Assembly (NCBI GenBank): GCA_902511575.1
Contig: CABXFU010000002.1
Location: forward strand, 15,448 to 79,447
Direction of reading: 5' to 3'
DNA: 64,000 bases
DNA from: an uncultured SAR86 cluster bacterium
Lineage (GTDB): Bacteria > Pseudomonadota > Gammaproteobacteria > Magnimaribacterales > D2472
Shown: positions 58,779 to 64,000 of the stretch, piece after piece
How positions within the stretch are numbered: the first letter of the stretch is position 1
Layout of the letters: each line of letters starts with the position of its first letter
The notes under the pieces: model-generated
What the model saw: only the letters and a program-made list of their open reading frames with translations
Told to the model about the DNA's origin: nothing
Databases searched by the model: none
Translations under genes and position numbers: made by a program

Positions 58779-60010
58779 AAGCTTGGCTAAGATCAGTTAA
58801 TGAGAGCATTAAGCCTAAATTCATGCCAGGCGGTGCTCAAGCTAAATGGTTTCCAATTTATGACGCAATTGAGAACTTTATTTTCTCCTCTACACATAAA
58901 ACAACCAACCCGATCCATGTAAGAGATTCGATTGATATACAAAGAATAATGGTAATTGTTTGGTTGGCTGCTTTTCCAGCAATGTTTTTTGGCATGTATA
59001 ACATTGGAAATCAAACTCTAGAGTACTTGACACTTGTTGGTTCTGCTAATACAAATGATTGGCATCATGTATTAATTAATTTAGTTGGTTATACAAATGA
59101 TAGTTTTTTATCAAAAATGTGGATTGGGGCGGTGTATTTTGTTCCTATCTACGCAGTAACTTTTGCTGTTGGAATCTTGTGGGAAATTCTTTTTGCTGTA
59201 GTTCGTAAGCATGAAATTAACGAGGGTTTGTTTGTCTCATCTATCTTATTTGCATTAAGTTGCCCGCCAGACCTTCCTTTATGGCAAGCTGCAATGGGTA
59301 TAACCTTTGGAATTGTTATTGGTAAAGAAGTTTTTGGCGGAACTGGTAAAAACTTCTTAAATCCAGCTTTAACTGGTCGAGCATTCTTATACTTTGCATA
59401 TCCATCTCAGCTATCAGGTGACAAGGTATGGATAGCTGGTCTGTCTGATACAGGCATAACCCCTGAAGGATTTAGTGGAGCTACGCCCCTTGGATATGCA
59501 GCAGAAGGTGGTTTACAAGGCTTAACTGATAATTTTTCATGGCTTGACGCATTCCTGGGTAACATACCTGGATCTGTTGGTGAAACTTCCGTAATAGCAA
59601 TTGCTATTGCTGCAGTAATACTCTTAGCAAGTGGCGTTGCTTCATATAGAATTATTTTAGGTACATTTATAGGAATGATAGTCATGACTTCAATTTTAAA
59701 CATTGTTGGTTCAGATACTAACCCAATGTTTCAAGTTCCTTGGCACTGGCATTTAGTTATAGGTAGTTTCGCATTTGGACTTGTATTTATGGCAACAGAA
59801 CCAGTTTCTGGCTCAGGAACTAACGCTGGTCGTTGGATTTACGGAGCCTTGATTGGCATCACAGTTGTATTAATTCGAGTAATTAATCCAGCTTTTCCAG
59901 AAGGCATGATGTTAGCGATTTTATTTGCTAATCTATTTGCTCCGGTGATCGATCATATGGTTGTATCTAATAATATTGCAAAACGTAAGAGGGCTCTTTC
60001 ATATGAATGA
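58775..60010 (+). CDS. nqrB: Na+-NQR subunit B
   Basis: NqrB/RnfD-type polytopic protein with FMN-attachment motif FSGATPLG. Confidence 0.94.
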   Translation: MKAWLRSVNESIKPKFMPGGAQAKWFPIYDAIENFIFSSTHKTTNPIHVRDSIDIQRIMVIVWLAAFPAMFFGMYNIGNQTLEYLTLVGSANTNDWHHVLINLVGYTNDSFLSKMWIGAVYFVPIYAVTFAVGILWEILFAVVRKHEINEGLFVSSILFALSCPPDLPLWQAAMGITFGIVIGKEVFGGTGKNFLNPALTGRAFLYFAYPSQLSGDKVWIAGLSDTGITPEGFSGATPLGYAAEGGLQGLTDNFSWLDAFLGNIPGSVGETSVIAIAIAAVILLASGVASYRIILGTFIGMIVMTSILNIVGSDTNPMFQVPWHWHLVIGSFAFGLVFMATEPVSGSGTNAGRWIYGALIGITVVLIRVINPAFPEGMMLAILFANLFAPVIDHMVVSNNIAKRKRALSYE

Positions 60011-60776
60011 TTCAGTTTTAAAAACACTTACGGTTTCATTTTTAGTTTGCTTATTTTGCTCTTTGGTAGTTTCGTATGCTGCTGTAAGCCTTAGAGATAT
60101 GCAAAACCTCAACAAGCTCAATGATCAAAGAATCAAGATACTTAAAACTGCTGCAATTTATAATCCAGATGTATCTATTGAATCTCAATTTTCTCGTCTT
60201 ACACCTAAATTTGTAGACTTTAGTACTGGCGATCTTCTAGATGAATATGGTGAGTATGATCTTAATACATATGATCCGGTATATTTCTCTAAACAACCTG
60301 AGCATTCAACCCCCATTCCAGCTTCAAAAGATATTGCAATAGTAAAAAATCAGGAAAATATAGGAAAAATATATTTGCTAAAAGATTCCTCTAGCAATCT
60401 AGAAAAAGTTATCTTACCAATTAGAGGCTACGGTCTTTGGGGAACTTTATTTGGTTATATAGCAATTGATAAGGATCTTAATACTATCAAAGGTCTTGAA
60501 TTTTATGCCCATAAAGAAACGCCTGGACTGGGCGCAGAAGTTGATAATCCAAAATGGAAGTCGTTATGGGATGGCAAATCTATATACAAAAATGGTGAAG
60601 TTGAGATTGAAGTTATAAAAGGAAAAGTTGATCCTTCAAATCAAATGGCCTCTTATCAAGTTGACGGTCTCTCAGGCGCTACGTTAACTAGTCGAGGTGT
60701 TACTAACATGCTTGTTTACTGGTTTGGTGAAAGCGGCTACAAAGAAACATTAAAAAATATTAATTATGACAGTTAA
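60003..60776 (+). CDS. nqrC: Na+-NQR subunit C
   Basis: Single TM plus FMN-binding domain with [14 protein letters not shown] 60003 overlaps the nqrB stop. Confidence 0.93.
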   Translation: MNDSVLKTLTVSFLVCLFCSLVVSYAAVSLRDMQNLNKLNDQRIKILKTAAIYNPDVSIESQFSRLTPKFVDFSTGDLLDEYGEYDLNTYDPVYFSKQPEHSTPIPASKDIAIVKNQENIGKIYLLKDSSSNLEKVILPIRGYGLWGTLFGYIAIDKDLNTIKGLEFYAHKETPGLGAEVDNPKWKSLWDGKSIYKNGEVEIEVIKGKVDPSNQMASYQVDGLSGATLTSRGVTNMLVYWFGESGYKETLKNINYDS

Positions 60777-61452
60777 GCAATACAAAGAAGTTCTTGCAAA
60801 ACCATTGCTTGAAGAAAATCCTATTACGCTTCAGATACTTGGGATATGCTCAGCATTAGCAGTAACAAGTAATCTTTCGGTTACCCTGGTGATGTGCGTT
60901 GCTCTTACAAGCGTCGTGTCATTTTCTAATTTGTTTATTTCTATAATTAGAAATTATATTCCCAGCAGCGTCAGAATAATCGTTCAAATGACTATCATTG
61001 CATCTCTTGTAATTGTCGTGGATGAGCTGCTTAAGGCATATGACTATGAGACAAGTAAAAAATTGTCTGTTTTTGTTGGACTAATCATTACTAATTGCAT
61101 CGTGATGGGTAGAGCGGAAGCTTTTGCGATGAAAGAGAAGCCATTTATTAGTTTCTTAGATGGTTTAGGTAATGGTCTCGGATATAGCATTATTTTAATT
61201 GCAGTGGCCGTTGTAAGAGAATTATTCGGGGCAGGAACGTTAATGGGTTATGAAATTTTACCCTTAGTATCTAACGGTGGATGGTATCCAGCAAATAATC
61301 TTTTATTGCTTCCTCCTAGCTCATTTATTTTAATAGGTTTGATAATTTGGGGTATCAGAGCATATAAGACTGACCAAATAGAACCAAACGAATATAAGCT
61401 ATCTAAACACGCAACAGCACCAGATTTATCTAAGAGAGAATTAAATGTTTGA
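60766..61452 (+). CDS. nqrD: Na+-NQR subunit D
   Basis: NqrD/RnfE family: [17 protein letters not shown]. Confidence 0.94.
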   Translation: MTVKQYKEVLAKPLLEENPITLQILGICSALAVTSNLSVTLVMCVALTSVVSFSNLFISIIRNYIPSSVRIIVQMTIIASLVIVVDELLKAYDYETSKKLSVFVGLIITNCIVMGRAEAFAMKEKPFISFLDGLGNGLGYSIILIAVAVVRELFGAGTLMGYEILPLVSNGGWYPANNLLLLPPSSFILIGLIIWGIRAYKTDQIEPNEYKLSKHATAPDLSKRELNV

Positions 61453-62056
61453 ACATTATCTCAGTATCTTTATAACAACCGTCTTCATAGAAAATATTGC
61501 TCTGTCAGTTTTCTTGGGAATGTGTACTTTCATAGCTATATCAAAAAAAATTGATGCAGCTTTTGGTCTGGGTGTAGCAGTAATAGTTGTGTGTTTGATT
61601 ACAGTCCCTCTGAATAATCTTATTTACAACTCTATTTTAAAAGAAGGAGCCCTAGCATGGGCCGGCTTGCCTGAAGCAAATTTAGAGTTTGTTGGGCTAA
61701 TTAGTTATATTGGCGTAATCGCGGCTGCCGTTCAAATACTTGAAATGTTTTTGGATAGATTTGTGCCAGCGCTTTACAATGCTCTGGGTGTGTTTTTACC
61801 CTTAATCACTGTAAATTGTGCCATTCTAGGCGCATCATTGTTTATGATTGAGAAAGATCTAAAGTTTGGTGAAAGTGTTGTGTATGGGCTTGGTGCTGGT
61901 GTTGGTTGGGCAATGGCTATTGTTGTTCTAGCAGGTATAAGGGAAAAATTAAAATATTCAGATATACCCGATGGCCTTCAAGGTCTTGGTGTAACATTTT
62001 TAATAGTAGGTTTGATGAGTTTTGGGTTTATGTCATTCGGGGGAATTTCACTATAG
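61445..62056 (+). CDS. nqrE: Na+-NQR subunit E
   Basis: NqrE/RnfA family: [14 protein letters not shown]...VNCAILG. Confidence 0.94.
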   Translation: MFEHYLSIFITTVFIENIALSVFLGMCTFIAISKKIDAAFGLGVAVIVVCLITVPLNNLIYNSILKEGALAWAGLPEANLEFVGLISYIGVIAAAVQILEMFLDRFVPALYNALGVFLPLITVNCAILGASLFMIEKDLKFGESVVYGLGAGVGWAMAIVVLAGIREKLKYSDIPDGLQGLGVTFLIVGLMSFGFMSFGGISL

Positions 62057-62065
62057 GTAATTATT

Positions 62066-63298
62066 ATGCAGATTGATTTATTTTTAGGTGTTCTTTCTTT
62101 TACAGGGGTTGTCTTGTTGTTAGTCGGAATTATCATTGCAGCAAGAAGTCAGTTAGTCAGCTCAGGCGATGTAACCATTGAGATAAATGGTGATTCTTCG
62201 AATCCAATTGTTGTTCCGTCAGGCAATAAATTACTTCAAACTCTAGCTGAAAATAAAATTTTTCTTTCATCTGCTTGTGGGGGTGGAGGAACCTGTAGTC
62301 AATGCAAGTGTCAAATAGCTGAGGGTGGCGGATCTATTTTGCCCACTGAAGAGTCTCATTTCAATTCAAAGGAGAAGAAAGACGGATGGAGACTGTCATG
62401 TCAGGTTGCGGTAAAAAATGATCTTAAAATTACAATTCCTGAAGAGGTTTTTGGCGTTAAAGAGTGGGAGTGTGAAGTTATTTCTAATGACAATGTTGCA
62501 ACTTTTATTAAAGAGCTTGTCCTTAAACTTCCAGAAGGTGAAGAGGTAAACTTCAAAGCAGGCGGTTATGTTCAATTAGAGGCTCCCGCCTATTCAGACC
62601 TAGATTATAAATCTTTTGATGTTGCTGATGAATATAGAGAGGACTGGGATAAATTTAAAATATGGGATAACGTTGCAAATAATTCTGAGCCAATCATTAG
62701 AGCTTATTCAATGGCTAATTATCCAGAAGAAAAAGGAGTACTAAAATTCAATATTAGAGTAGCTAGTCCGCCACCAGGCTCATCCGATATACCTCCTGGT
62801 GTTATGTCGTCTTGGACATTCAATCTTAAGCCTGGAGATAAAGTAAGGGTCTTTGGCCCATTTGGAGAATTTTTTGCAAAAAAATCATCAGCTGAAATGG
62901 TATTTGTTGGTGGTGGAGCAGGCATGGCTCCAATGAGAGCTCATATCTTTGATCAACTATTACGAATTAATAGCGATAGAAAAATTTCGTTTTGGTATGG
63001 AGCTCGAAGCTTGAAAGAAATGTTCTACGTAGATGATTTTAATAAATTAGCTGAAACAAATGAGAACTTTGATTGGCATGTTGCATTGTCAGATCCACAA
63101 CCTGAAGATAATTGGGATGGATTGACAGGCTTTATACATCAGGTGCTTTTTGAAGGTTATCTTAAATCCCATAAAGCTCCTGAGGATTGTGAGTTCTATA
63201 TGTGCGGGCCACCAATGATGAATAAAGCATGTATTGATATGCTCATAAATCTTGGAGTTGAGCCTGAAAATATTATGCTTGATGATTTTGGTGGCTAA
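62066..63298 (+). CDS. nqrF: Na+-NQR subunit F
   Basis: TM anchor, 2Fe-2[36 protein letters not shown]. Confidence 0.95.
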   Translation: MQIDLFLGVLSFTGVVLLLVGIIIAARSQLVSSGDVTIEINGDSSNPIVVPSGNKLLQTLAENKIFLSSACGGGGTCSQCKCQIAEGGGSILPTEESHFNSKEKKDGWRLSCQVAVKNDLKITIPEEVFGVKEWECEVISNDNVATFIKELVLKLPEGEEVNFKAGGYVQLEAPAYSDLDYKSFDVADEYREDWDKFKIWDNVANNSEPIIRAYSMANYPEEKGVLKFNIRVASPPPGSSDIPPGVMSSWTFNLKPGDKVRVFGPFGEFFAKKSSAEMVFVGGGAGMAPMRAHIFDQLLRINSDRKISFWYGARSLKEMFYVDDFNKLAETNENFDWHVALSDPQPEDNWDGLTGFIHQVLFEGYLKSHKAPEDCEFYMCGPPMMNKACIDMLINLGVEPENIMLDDFGG

Positions 63299-63306
63299 TT
63301 AGCTCA

Positions 63307-64000
63307 TTGAATCGTTTAACTGTATCTAGATTAATTGCCTTATCGGTAGGGTTGATTTGTATATTTTTTGCATATAAATATAACAAATCAGCTACCTATC
63401 AAATTTCCGGACCTATATATGGTACTTATTGGCAGTTAGTTTCAACAGAATATATACCTGACTCTTTAAAACAATCCATCGAAGATGAGTTAGCTAGGAT
63501 TGATTTAATAGCCTCAAATTATAAAGAGTCTTCAGAGTTATCTAGAATTAATGCAGCTCCAATAGATAAAGAAATAAGCATTTCTCCCGATATGCATTCT
63601 CTTTTAACTTACGCAGAAAAACTCCATAAGCTTACTAATGGTTTTTATGATGTCACAATTGGCTCCTTAGTTATTCAAGAGGGTTTTGGGCCTGCAACCA
63701 CAATGAGTCAAAATACTATTCCTGTATCCTTGAAAAGATTTGATTTCATTTCAAATAATTCAATTTTAAAAAAAGATAATTTTCAATTTGATTTATCTTC
63801 CATTGCTAAAGGCTATGCAGTTGATTCAATTGCAGAGCTTCTGATCGATTCTAATAGAAATAATTTTTTAATAGATATAGGCGGTGAAATTATAGTCAAC
63901 GGATCAAAGCATGGTGCCCCTTGGATTATTGGAATTCAAAACCCATTAATCAATCAAAACCAATCAATTACGGAGATTTTGAGAACTGATTTTTTAGCTG
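63307..64000 (+). CDS. apbE: FAD:protein FMN transferase (ApbE), N-terminal part; continues beyond window end
   Basis: Own translation from TTG 63307: LNRLTVSRLIALSVGLICIF...GPIYGTYWQLV...FYDVTIGSLV...DLSSIAKGYAVDSIAELL...FLIDIGGEIIVNG...WIIGIQNP. The frame is open to the window end, so it is absent from the ORF track. Confidence 0.85.
   Translation, partial: MNRLTVSRLIALSVGLICIFFAYKYNKSATYQISGPIYGTYWQLVSTEYIPDSLKQSIEDELARIDLIASNYKESSELSRINAAPIDKEISISPDMHSLLTYAEKLHKLTNGFYDVTIGSLVIQEGFGPATTMSQNTIPVSLKRFDFISNNSILKKDNFQFDLSSIAKGYAVDSIAELLIDSNRNNFLIDIGGEIIVNGSKHGAPWIIGIQNPLINQNQSITEILRTDFLA

Noticed and set aside
59961-60002. Upstream extension of nqrC
   Set aside because: It lies inside nqrB. 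ATG 60003 overlaps the nqrB stop and yields the expected N-terminal TM anchor.
1-64000. Search for CRISPR arrays, IS elements, integrases, toxin-antitoxin pairs and known defence genes
   Set aside because: I saw no direct-repeat/spacer arrays, no transposase- or integrase-like ORFs and no long repeats. The window looks like core chromosome rather than an accessory island.

Overview
Visibly AT-rich, extremely gene-dense chromosomal segment of a Gram-negative bacterium; most gene junctions are 0-10 nt or overlapping. Gene content and order are gammaproteobacterial: mfd / long GAPDH / nqrABCDEF / apbE; lolC-lolD-exbB-exbD-(msbA)lpxK-ycaR-kdsB-murB; ETF-QO next to etfBA. The composition and compaction suggest a streamlined marine lineage; SAR86-like is my guess only. 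I support 65 protein-coding genes (two open at the window edges, two below the ORF-track cutoff), one tRNA-Ser(UGA), one clean intrinsic terminator and three short palindromes or inverted repeats. I saw no rRNA, CRISPR array, transposase, integrase, prophage block or recognisable defence island. Themes are housekeeping (trpS, hemH, trmA, nfuA, mfd, murB, kdsB, Na+-NQR), envelope biogenesis, a heavy load of lipid and fatty-acid catabolism (ETF, ETF-QO, four acyl-CoA dehydrogenases in two tandem pairs, dienoyl-CoA reductase, aldehyde dehydrogenase, several esterases and thioesterases), and transporters (TonB-dependent receptor, APC, GPH, MFS, MATE). Best candidates for something undescribed: (1) an APC permease / DDAH-fold hydrolase / Rieske oxygenase operon with no known pathway; (2) an in-frame MsbA-LpxK fusion; (3) an esterase/thioesterase/DUF3089/GPH-symporter cluster; (4) a PhnZ-like HD protein without its usual partner, next to a TonB receptor; (5) an orphan RecB-type nuclease inside a metabolic operon. 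All functional calls come from motifs read by eye. No database search was run.
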